Of a stretch of DNA of 64,000 nt, positions 18,701 to 30,010 are shown piece by piece; position 1 is the stretch's first letter, and every line of letters begins with the position of its first letter. The stretch covers positions 111,538,001-111,602,000 of the forward strand of contig OZ260663.1 in NCBI GenBank assembly GCA_965285935.1, written 5' to 3'. The position numbers and the translations under genes are program-made. This stretch comes from Ophelia neglecta. Taxonomy: Eukaryota. The notes beneath the pieces are model-generated. The model saw only the letters and a list, made by a program, of their open reading frames with translations. It made no database searches and was not told where the DNA came from.

Positions 18701-21700
18701 CATATTTCCGTTCACAAGGATACCTTATGCTTGATTACTCGTTTGCATCTCAATGTGAGTTATCATATTAGTGCTTCGTTCTTTTTTCAAATTCTTTAAG
18801 TAGATCGTGCTATCGTTTTATATTTTGCACCTTAATGTATGCAATGTATTAAATGTATGAACGCTTGTTCTGGCATTCTGCAAAGAACACTCTATCAAAT
18901 GATGCTAATATGTACACTTGTATACAATGCATCATTAATCTGTTCAGTGGCTAATTGACTATTTATCTGTTGGGACATAAATCTGGCAATGACAATTGAT
19001 CCGTAATCTGTCGATGGGCTCAATGGGCACGTTAGACTACATAACAAATATACGCAAAGCTATGATTATGTATATTTCAGGCATGCCTGGTATGCGGATA
19101 TTAATACCAGATATAGAGCTATTCCACTCATAAGACATACACATATACCGAAAGCTGGTGACCCAGTTATTTAACCACAATTGTAACTACCCTCTCCTGA
19201 AAGAACCTCGATCCCTTTTTGTTCCAAGCATGTAATAATGTGATATCCTTATATGGCTTCTGTCGTAAATATAAATAAGGTCATATCTCCTTAGACATCG
19301 AAAATATAAGTGCTACTGACCAATTACTGAGCACCGGGTCATATCTCGACCCAGTTACAATGCTGTCCCATGCAGCTACCCCCACCATAGACACGACGTA
19401 ATAAAACAAATGTCAATTTCCCGTCGGTGAAATGATTCATAGCCTCTTCCGGTCAGGGAGGTCAAAATCCACTTGACATCCCACTAGCAATTTGTTAGCT
19501 ATATCGACATTATGTCACCACAAGGGGACTTACCGGATACTGGCGGTCAATATGACCTTTTCTAATCTAGTAACATTCAATTAGTGACAATGTTTAAGGC
19601 CCGAAGAGCCTCATTAATGCAGGTATAAATCAGGAGGATGTTTGTCTGATTAACTTAGGTTCATATTATTGATACCTACTTCTTGAGGGCCACATTGGGA
19701 CTCAATGACTATGGTGATTGGTGAAATATGTAGACAAAAATCACTCATTCACGCATTAACAAGAAAGAGGCAAGTTTTTACCAGGAAATGTCAGCTCACA
19801 GAAAATAAGTCTTTGATTTTTTACTTTGTTCAAAAATAATTTGTTTGTTTTATCATGTCATCTATTATAATAACCCTGAGCGACTCGGCTTGTCTCTCCT
19901 GGTTAGATTTGCTAATCATCTTTGTTGCTATAACAAGAGCGTTAGTTGGTGTGCTTTGCCCCGAACCTCGATTGTTCCCTCCGAGAGAAAGACCGCCTGT
20001 TATTTATATAGCAGGCTTATAGATTGAGACAATGGAAAATAAATATTTATTGCCGTTTGACTTTTCTATATGCCACCTTTACTAGCTCTGTCATGAAATT
20101 TGTTATTTGAATTATATTTTTATGGGAGGCGCGAGCTGACACTGTGCATTATTTTGCACATTGCACATTGTTATATAGTGAAAAGACTAGCCAGACTTTG
20201 CCGGTGGCAATTTGGTTTTATGCGTTTCAACTCAATCCGATTGTGGTGTGGCAATAAAAGGCGGCGAGGGTGTTGATAATTGTACTCAGTATATCTCTTA
20301 CAGTGACGTTCCTCGAAATCAACACAGACATTCCAATTGGTTTTAAGGATGATCTGGAGTGTCTAATCAAGTCCCCTGTCTCCATCAGGGTGTCATAAAC
20401 TTGCCGGGTCATAAGGTGGCACACAGGATCACGACGATGCATACGGAATGCCATGAAACATTCCTGTTCATTCTGCCTCCGAGTAACACTGTCCAATATG
20501 ACATTACCGAGCTGTGTCTCCTATTAAAAATAGACCCAACCAGTACCTGACATTTCCGTGCTATGTCACATCGATTAAATGGTACCAGTACATGACATCT
20601 GAGGTTTATGGTCAGTGTGTGTACTGTTTCTGTTTATGTTTCTGTTTCTTAGTGCATATAATTGTTGTAGGGCGCCTTTTTAAGAAATTGTGAAGGTGTA
20701 ACTGCTTGGTACTTAATTCGAATATTTAACTTTTTTCTAAACGTTTTATCTCTTTTTCTGCTTTTCCTGTGATACTTCATATTAACAATCAAATATTTAA
20801 TCTGCCCAACTTATCAGACAAATTTCAAAAGTTTTTGTAACGTGAAGCACTTACAAAAAAATCGAAGAAATGAAACATAATTCTTTATCCGGGGTTTCAA
20901 ATTCCTTAGAGCTTCTATTCACCCCTTGTCACAATGTCTGTGCAATAAGGTTTCTCCATTAAGGCTATACGGTATCTTATGCATACGAATGCATTATTCA
21001 CAGTTTATATATTTTTAACGAACTTTTGTGACATAATAAAATTCACTTCACTTAACTATATGCTTGAATGGTTTCAATCTAAATAATTTTTGGTAGTTTC
21101 AATTATTTACCATTTCGTTTTGCTCAGTATATCTCCACTCTATAACGTGCTAGCATATTGATATCCGTGTTGGATAGGACGTTACATTGTTTTCGGTAGA
21201 CTGTTCCCAGTATATCTTAATATGTTTCTGGATGAATTGTATATTCCTATTTCATTCAGCGATATTGCGCAATGAATGTGATGTCCTAATTGCTCGACTT
21301 CTTTGTTTATGGATACATACTAGCATCCTTACCTGCCGAATCGTTTGTATGTTACAAAAAGGCTTATGTATTTTCAGCTCCTTAATTTTATTTATAACGT
21401 TCGGTATAAACGCCCTGGTATAAACTTAACTAGCACACACAAAATGGCAAACCACAAACCCGTTTCTATTATTTTGAGTCGGTAGTCTCATGATTGTGTA
21501 CTAGCTCAGCAAGCAAACGCTTACTAATCTTCATGTTAGCAGGAAAAACGTCGAGGAAATTGGAAATAGGCTCCGTACAATCACAGAGGCAAAAGGATTA
21601 TTACTAGCACTCTAGGCGCTAATTGTATAGGATTTATTTTATGCAACGTAAGGATCCACTTGTTATTTTTTAAGTGCATGATAAATAGCAGCGGATCAAG

Positions 21701-23155
21701 GTGGTTGTGTTTAGTCCTCCGATTACGTGGACTGAAGAGCAATCAAGCTGGGTCTCATCAATCATCACATCAATCATTGCAATCATTACATTCACAACGG
21801 ATGCTTCAACCCGCTCTCAACCCGACAGTGTGTTTGATTAGCAGTAATCAAACATCGATCGGTTAGTTTTAACAATTCATTTTATGGTTTGTTTATACAA
21901 TTGCCATTTATCTCCAAATAAACGCCTCAAAACGTCAGCCTAGATAATATCGTCTCTACATTGTAACTGCTGACTTTAATAATCTTATAAACATAGTATA
22001 GACTCCATTTGAGAAGCAAAATTTATCTTTTATAAGCAGGTGAGGGGTCAATAGTGTACATTTCTCTATTTAGATTGATCGCTTGGCATCTTGGCTTTTA
22101 GACCCCGTTTACCTGACTTATATATGTACGGTCTCTGCAGCTTTATAGCGAGCGCAAGCGAGCGGCCCCGAAGGGGCCGCTCGCGGAGCGAGCTCTATAG
22201 ATAACGTGTATGCGTAGGGAGAAAGTGCATAAGAAATCAAAACAAACTATAGAGATACCAGTACTCGAACCAACTTGGTTTCCTTGGTCAATTTCCGGTA
22301 AAGTGGTAGCCACAGTAGTAGTATTTGAACGTAGTCGTGTTTGTAGTAGTACTTTTTGAAGCGGAATTTGTCAACTTTCAGGTAGTTGCGCAAATTACAA
22401 GGTTAAAAAATCGAAATAAGTCTAAGTGTACACTTAATTCCTCGTAAATAATACTTAATTACATAACCTTATTTATTCGGGGAAAAAAACACCACATCTA
22501 AGATTGTAGGAGCAAATTTTTAAATACGAATTTAAATTTGCAACTCCCGTTGTAGTCTCGTCTGCAATCCCGCAGATCTGATGCCAGTTCCGTATGGATG
22601 AGTGCAAAAAAAGTCAATCACTAGTAGTTGTTTCGATACCGGTTATCTTGTAATCAGGGTATAGTATTGATCTCCATCAAGGTCAAATAAATTGAAAAAC
22701 CCTAAAGCTCGTGAGCTGTGAGCGGCCTGTTCACGGGAAAACAGGTGCAGGCCACAACGAGGCTACAATTGCGCGTCGTCTGCTTTGTTTACATCTGCTA
22801 GTCGGCTGAGCTGAACCCCGGACTGCTTCTGCTGCTCAGGTACAGTAGTCTTGCAATTAATCAATGAACGTAACTCGATCTAGAAATAACAAATTGGTGA
22901 AACACCAGAATATTTCAAACCTAATATCTCGTTCCAATTAAATCCATGAAAATATTGGTACATTTATTGATATCTTCGTAGTGGTCAAGACCAGTCAATG
23001 TCAAGGCCACAACTGTCAAAACGCAAACTGACAGGCCTATCTGTTTTGGTTTGCTTTCACTGCGCGTTAAGACTAGCAACGTTTTTCAGCCTAACATGTG
23101 CTACAAGTTCTCACACTCAGCAGAAGTTTTTCTTTAATTACTTTCTTTCTTGCAG

Positions 23156-23206
23156 CGTTATTCTTGAAGACCTGTTGTGTTTGAACTTTCTATACGTGTC
23201 TCTCAG
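23156..23206 (+). other. Candidate 51-nt micro-exon inside the Helentron-like element
   Basis: Acceptor TTACTTTCTTTCTTGCAG and donor CAG/GTAAGT. Confidence 0.4.
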
Positions 23207-25141
23207 GTAAGTTATCAATGGCAGGCTTCACAGCAGGTCCTATTTTTTATCCTTCCATGGGGAGAGTGAGTACTTACATTACTTAGGAGTACAATTGGAC
23301 AACAAGTGAAGTGCTGAAGGGTATCTTTTTCAGGTTTCTCTCCTTTTAAGGAAATATGTTTCCTAAACCTTGCTATTTTAAAGGATATGCTAAAAGGGGG
23401 ATTTCTCCTGGCAGGGTATTATGTCTATATTCTTAGGTTTGGGCGACCCACTTAGTGTCGAGAATAAGCATGAGCATTTTTCGGCGGACAGGTGCCTTTT
23501 TATCTGCACACCATTACCATAATTTCAACTAAATACCCCCTCCGGGCTTTTGCCACATGATTAGATGTGAAATGAATTATTATCATGAACATCATTTTCC
23601 AGTTCACTTGTCAGTAGGACCAGCAGCAGAATTTCCATTTTTCTTCTTATATATCTTTTTTTTTGAAATATAAAGGGTTTGAAGGCTGAAGCATACAATA
23701 ATAACAATATAAATCCTTCACAAAGTTTACAGATGAAGATTGGCATTTTTCTAAAACATGGCCTAATGAAAAGTGCACTGGAAAATAAAATATATTAAGT
23801 GATATTTTATTCCTTCTTGTATCACTTCAATTTTCATTGTATAGTTAGTGGCTGACATTTTATCTGCAAAATACTTATGAGGAGGATGTATTAATAATCC
23901 AAGTATATGCTATCCATTCCATACTAGTTTTTCTTGATTTCTGTTTTGTATTAATTCTGCATATCTAGTTGACTTTTCTGCAGGGCTTTCTCATGCCTCT
24001 GAAAGCTATCTCTTGTCTTTCAATGTCATTTTCTTTTATAGCACAAACGTGTATAATGAGTCAAATATATGGCACAGGTCAGTTATTATGAATATTGTAC
24101 TATGAATTGCTTTCTGAAGTCAAAGTGACCCTCTAAGTTCCTACTCACACAGTGTTAATGCCTATTTCATCAAAATTATCTTTGTGGCTAGTTTTAACAT
24201 CTTTTAGGGTGGGTGTCATGAGCGTCGCTAACCTAAAGACAATGTTTTAATTGCCCAAAGATAGGATAATTACTCAACCGGTTGGTCAAATTCATGATTA
24301 TGATTCCTCAATGAAATAAATATCTGATAATATTCGTTTTTGCCTCTCTATAAAATTCAATACATGTATAATCAATTTGTCCTGATAACCTAGTACTATA
24401 TATTAATATATTCAATTTTGAATCCAATGTCTGGGACTGTAACCTTTTTATGTGTTTGAAGTCTAAAATAAGTTTATCACACCTACCAATGGATATTTCA
24501 TGGTGAATATGCACATTGGGGTATATATATATATATATATAGAGTGAGATTGTATAAATACATGTATTTATGTGTTCCATGTTCATGATGTATTATGTGA
24601 ATATATTGTCTATTTTAAATGTCATTATGTATCTGTTTTTTCTATGTTGATGTTCAAGCTCCTAGAGAAAATGACTCCCATACTAAATGGAAAAAATATA
24701 ATAAACTTATCCAAGTGCTTCTATATATACACTAGAACCTCATTAGACAATTCATTGGTCCAGATTACTGATAATATTAACTTCGCATTACCCATTGAGG
24801 TTTGGAATATGACCAAATTAAAATATTGAACTGACAAGTAGCATAGGTGAGAGAATAAAGCATTTCATTTATTCAGTTGAAATGTTTTTTACTTGCTCAT
24901 CAACTTCAAGACCACACATTAAACTATCCTTCTGTTTGAAGGTACAATTGAATGTAGGCAAATGTTCACCCAAGCATATAGATTGATTCTTAGAACAGAT
25001 GAGATTATGGTGATTACCCGGTAAATGTAGAAACAGGAGAGAACAGCATAATATATATGTATTATTATGAAGCAGAATGTTTGAACCTAAAATTCATCAA
25101 ATGTCATTGGTAACTACAATGGTCAATGTTTATATTTTCAG

Positions 25142-25180
25142 AGCATGAAGCATGAAAGATGTATATTAGGCATACATCAG
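25142..25180 (+). other. Candidate 39-nt micro-exon inside the Helentron-like element
   Basis: Acceptor TTTATATTTTCAG and donor CAG/GTAACT. Confidence 0.35.
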
Positions 25181-25344
25181 GTAACTTATAACTTGAAAAC
25201 AACCGTACATGCCCTCTTCTAACTCTTGTGTCAAACAATTGTTATTTTTCACCCAATGACTATTTCAATCATCAGTTTTTCTTTCTCACAAAATAAATGT
25301 GTCAGTTGCCTAATATTTTGATATGTGTGGGTAGTGGATGTAGT

Positions 25345-25722
25345 CCCGGGGGGGGGGGGGGTACTCCCATTATCCGGCATACTGGGTATGTGCGGCCGAG
25401 AAGGGTCGTTTTTCCTCAAAACTTCCCTAAACCAAGGGTACCTTTTTGTTGATTTCTTCCCTAATAAAGGGTATGGTTTCTAGAAAAAAATTCATCCTGT
25501 CGGGCATGATTCTGAATTGCCTAGGGCAGTGAATAACCTGTATTCCATTCCACGAGGTTACATGTATGTCATAACAAAGTGCCAAGTTTGAAGTCAAAAT
25601 GTCCCTAAATCAAGGGTAGGTTTGAAGTCATAATGTCCCTAATTCAAGGGTAGGGTTTGCCAGGTACCAGCCGCACACCCCCACCCAAAAATAATGGGAG
25701 TACCCCCCCCCCCCCCCCCGGG
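25345..25722. mobile_element. 378-bp MITE with poly-G TIRs and 8-bp TSD
   Basis: TIR CCC(G)nTACTCCCATTAT / ATAATGGGAGTA(C)nGGG. TSD GATGTAGT at 25337-25344 and 25723-25730. Internal CCCTAA..AAGGGTA subrepeats. Confidence 0.9.
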
Positions 25723-26414
25723 GATGTAGTGTATATGCTCCCAAACCAAATTTTATGTACCCTTTGGCTCTTTGTCATCCTCTGTGGCATGCTAGCTAAC
25801 TTGTAACATAGCCACAAGGTGAGTGGTTGTTGTGTGCATCATAGTTTTTAATCTATCATTCTCTCATGGGCTGAACAATGCCCAATATAATACTTCCCTG
25901 CTGAAATAAAATGAATGAACATACTTCCTCTTAAAACTAACTGGGTAATTCAGGTATGTCAATCCTGACTGCTATAGTAGTATAGGGAGTACTTTCAAGG
26001 TTGGACCATGATCTACCCATGTATATAGTTTTGTGAGTACTAACATGGGGTAGGCCATCTCAAGACATCTTGTAAGTCCTTTTTCTTCTTAATTTCATAT
26101 ACAGGCTGTAAAATTATAGGCCTCACAAAATGAAAAGCTTGTGATGAATAAGTTGAGTGTCTGAACTATAAATATATTAGGATTTTTTGTACAGTATAAC
26201 TTGCAAGTCCCAGGTGCCAATGGAATTCACAAATTGATCTGGGATGATCCCTGGTAGTCCATGGAGGCCTGGCACAAATAATCAAGGCAATAAAACTATC
26301 CAAGATGTTATTAAAGTCCATTCTTAAACCATGATACACACAATATTTCTGTACATGTCCAAATGAGTCATTAGCCAGGACACCTGAGTACAGCAGGACC
26401 TGGGCCTGTAAATA

Positions 26415-26500
26415 CACAGGGGCTTGTGTCAAAGCCTATGTATGTATAAATACTAACCACTACGTTATATAGTAAAGGTATGTTGACACAAGCCCCTGTG
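26415..26500. repeat. 86-bp foldback with perfect 18-bp inverted repeats (mini-MITE-like)
   Basis: CACAGGGGCTTGTGTCAA (26415-26432) / TTGACACAAGCCCCTGTG (26483-26500). Confidence 0.8.
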
Positions 26501-27209
26501 AGTAAATATAGTATTTATATCTATATATATACAGGAGTGAACCTATTACCAGCAAGTCAAGCTCCTGCTTGCTGGTCATTGATTCACTGGTTTTGGCTAG
26601 AAAATACAATCTGTAGCAATCCCTATACTACTACATTTGAAAAAGGTACAATGTTATCTGGTTATGGGTGCATGGGCTGTAGGTAGATCAGTTACTGGTG
26701 CCAGTGATGAGGCAATGAAAACTGGAGCCGGTGGTTCATCACACTTACTATCATTAAATTGATACTGTATACTAAGTTTAATTTATTACCATCTCATAAT
26801 TTGTATGTAACGGGTATTATATATCACATAGATCTCGCTTATGGCATGTTGACACCCATCGTGTGTTCCCCTTGAATACATTGGGAATATCCTATCATAT
26901 ATAAGGGGTATTTTCTCTTGCGCTCGCAAACTAGGCATCGCCTATATATATTAGCTTTAGTATATGCAGCTAACTTGGATCTGTCTGTTTTCCACGAATG
27001 TCAGTTCCATTGTACCTTAGTTCCGAGCCAGCATACAGCTGATTTGTTTTTTTGCAAAATGTTGACAACGTTCATACACTCACTGTGAATCTTAAGTGCG
27101 ACATTTCCTTGAAACATATTGGATCTCATTACTACAGTATAATTGAAAGAACCCCCCCCCCCCTCCCCCACGGAGATGGTAAAACCAATAAAATCTACCA
27201 GATAGATAT

Positions 27210-27316
27210 CATCAGTAGTAGTTGTTGTAAAACCTACCAGAGAGCTAGTAGTAGGAGCAGAAGTAGTAGCATTGTAAGTAGTAGCAGTGGAAGTAGTAGC
27301 AGCAGAAGTAGTGGTG
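27210..27316. repeat. Degenerate (AGT/AGC)n microsatellite
   Basis: AGTAGTAGCAG-type runs; these explain the Ser-rich spurious ORF 27052-27363. Confidence 0.75.
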
Positions 27317-27790
27317 TTCGTTCAGTATTCATGTGGTTTTCGTGTGGTTGTAGTACTACTTAAATGTTGATTTTAAAGTCTAGATAATATATGAAGGACA
27401 GTGCTACAATAATTCTCATAAAGAATATTTTAATACGAAAAGTAGACAAGTATTGCTTGGCGGGTGTCTGGTCTCGGGTACATTTTCGAGACTAATCCGA
27501 ACTTAAATACCCTGAAATGTTTAAGAAACACAGAAGAGGTTTTACTGTGCATCATGTGACACATACGATTACCCAATACGTGTGCAACTTTAAATAAAGC
27601 GGCCTCATCTTCCATTTATCCACCTCTGAATAAACTCGCTGTATACAGAGTATATGAATCGGTCCCACATGGGCCAGTTGACAAGCGCCAAACACAGCTG
27701 GTAGTCTAGACAGAACCAAAAAACGTAAGAGTTGTTTTGCTTTAACATGGCAATCTTTCTTTAGCAGCTGTTCAGTTAGACGTTTGATGA

Positions 27791-27965
27791 TCAGTTATTT
27801 CTACGTATTTAGGTCAATCGCCAAATAACTGACAGTAAAACTACTCCTAGGTGTGTAGTCCTCTGGGTTATCTCTGGGTTATCTCTCAGTTATTTCTACA
27901 TATTTAGGTCAATCGCAAAATAACTGACAGTAAAACTACTCCTAAGTGTGTAGTCCTCTGGGTTA
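27791..27965. repeat. Tandem duplication of an 80-bp unit, period 95 bp
   Basis: TCAGTTATTTCTAC...GTAGTCCTCTGGGTTA at 27791 and 27886, with 3 substitutions; spacer TCTCTGGGTTATCTC. Confidence 0.92.
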
Positions 27966-28441
27966 CGGTTTAATTCCATTGGAAACTTTTCAATTCCTAG
28001 CTTGAACCGATTCTCTGTCTGGCTGCATCCCGCGTGCGGCTCAGGTCCGACCACCGACTGACGTCTCCGTTTATTAGACGTGACATCTGAGCTCTCTCAT
28101 TATTTTAAATCCTCCGATAACATGTCTCGCCTCATTCAGGAGGATGCTGCCTCCCGTGTATTATCGTTTTCGAGATAATTCTGACTAAGATCTATAACAC
28201 CACACAGCGTTTTCAGTAGATTTTCAGAATTGCAGTATTCTGTAAGGCACATCCCGTAATTATTTCAAAGTTTTAGTGCTACCAGTGGGAAGATGTCAAT
28301 TAGTTCTGCGTGGAAAAAAACCCGTCTGGATCAGTCGATAACCTGCTCTGACTATTTCCCTAATAAGCAGCTATTTGACTATGGTAATCAGTCACTTATC
28401 ATCCACGAGAGGCGAAGTAATCGATCCCTGGGCAGAACTCC

Positions 28442-28455
28442 CCACCAGATGGCGG
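28442..28455 (+). promoter_or_regulatory. CTCF-like motif
   Basis: CCACCAGATGGCGG resembles the bilaterian CTCF core CCASYAGRKGGCRS. Motif match only. Confidence 0.35.
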
Positions 28456-29098
28456 CCAGATATCAATACCGATTATATTAATCTTTCCAGGGGTCATATC
28501 ATTCCGTTTAATATAATTTGCTCTTCTTCACCCGTAAATCAATATCTTTCTTCATAAGACATGTTCAGCCACAGGACTGACATGTCACTTTCCCAATGTC
28601 CACAAAATTGAAATCCATTTCCTTATTTCCACATTATTGAGATTGGGTTAGCACTGAATAAGGATATTGTTTTCTAACTAGCATATGAAAACACCGTTAA
28701 AAACTCCTTTTTGACTGGGCAGTTTTATCGTGATGCATAATTGAACAACTTCACTGTCAATTTTGTTCATTTTGCACTGCAAGTTTTGTCTGCTTCCTAT
28801 GCAAGTTGGCACATATATTACGTTTACAGGAAACAAATCGCTCTTCTTCGTTTGTTTGCGTCGCTCCATCAGTACACGGTGGTCCCCCATCTCTATACGG
28901 TGGCCCGTGAGATAAGTCTGAATGCACTCACATTGAATCGGAATCACATATCGGAGCCTACATCAAACCACGTGAAACCTAAGGTAATTTACACGAATAC
29001 TGTATGTTTCCATACAGTTCACTTTTATTCCTGCTCTTACAAAATGCTTATTTATTACGCTAGTTAACGGGTTCAAATAATAGCAAGTAGTTCTGTTT

Positions 29099-29163
29099 TC
29101 AGAAACATTAATACGGGAGTTTCACAGAAACATTAAAACGGGTGTTTCACAGAACAAATACGG
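29099..29163. repeat. 25-bp tandem repeat x~2.5
   Basis: CAGAAACATTAA(T/A)ACGGG(A/T)GTTTCA repeated. Confidence 0.75.
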
Positions 29164-29559
29164 ATTTCCCAGGGGCTAACTAAGTACAGTTGTGTTGCCT
29201 TGTTTTCCACTTTTATTAATGAACAAACTGTATGTAGGTTATGCTAGCGACTTAACATTGACCGTATAGGAGGCGATTCATACGCATGAAGGGGCAAGAT
29301 AATAGGTTGGAAAACCCATGGCATTTTTGTCAATGGTCACCCTAGTTACTGACACTCCGACGAAAGAATATTGCAAGGGCCTCGTGGTAATCAGCAAATG
29401 AAATTCACTATTATCATCGTCAGTTATTTATCAGTGATTTAGATTTTGTACCTATTATATGTATGCATAGTGTAACACCAGTAGTCCCTTGGGTTTTTAA
29501 ATTCAATTGAACTCTACAGCCTGCTTTGATAAACTCTCGAAGACGTAATATACAAATAT

Positions 29560-30010
29560 TGAGAAAGAAGCGGACGTAATGTACTGGGATTTCAAGACCA
29601 GATCATCGCAATACTATAATCTAGAAAGGCGGAATTCAGACAAAAGTATTTCTATACCGGTTGACTCCTTGGGATGTGGTGAGTGTGAAAGGAATCATAG
29701 ATATGGCATTATTATATCCTTTAGTTTGTCTATCAAACCTGAAACAATTGTATGAACTATTATGGCATTGCCTTAATCAGTCAAGATAGTCCGCAAATAT
29801 CTTTTAGTGAACACACTAGAACCGTTTGAAGTATTGATTGAAATTATCATATTTTTATACTCAAACAATCCATAGACTAGTTTCCCTTTCTATGGATTAG
29901 TTCCCCCTCAGTATGTCCCAGCTCTGATATGAGAACAATGTGTGGACTTTCTATATTGCTGACCCGAGATTACTGAGTCCAAATCAATTATGAAAACACT
30001 GACCTCTATT
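29560..30010 (+). pseudogene. Highly decayed LINE endonuclease fragment
   Basis: Relic motifs WDFKTR (cf. GDFNAR) at ~29585 and VDF..IADPRLLS (cf. VDY) at ~29940; many stops. Confidence 0.3.

Larger units (their letters stand above)
22142..26977 (+). mobile_element. Non-autonomous Helentron/Helitron2-like rolling-circle element with internal cargo
   Basis: 5' end TTTATA plus subterminal repeat GCGAGCGCAAG (22148-22158), overlapping a 12-bp GC stem with GAA loop (22158-22184). The exact inverted copy CTTGCGCTCGC is at 26917-26927. It is followed by hairpins TAGGC-ATC-GCCTA (26932-26944) and TTAGCT-N11-AGCTAA (26951-26973) and a terminal CTTG. No TSD and no Rep-helicase ORF. Confidence 0.65.

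Noticed and set aside
26702-26767. C/D box snoRNA (GTGATGA ... with CAGT/ACTG ends)
   Set aside because: The D box reads TTGA rather than CTGA and I recognise no rRNA guide. The similar GTGATGA..CTGA at 26141-26164 is too short.
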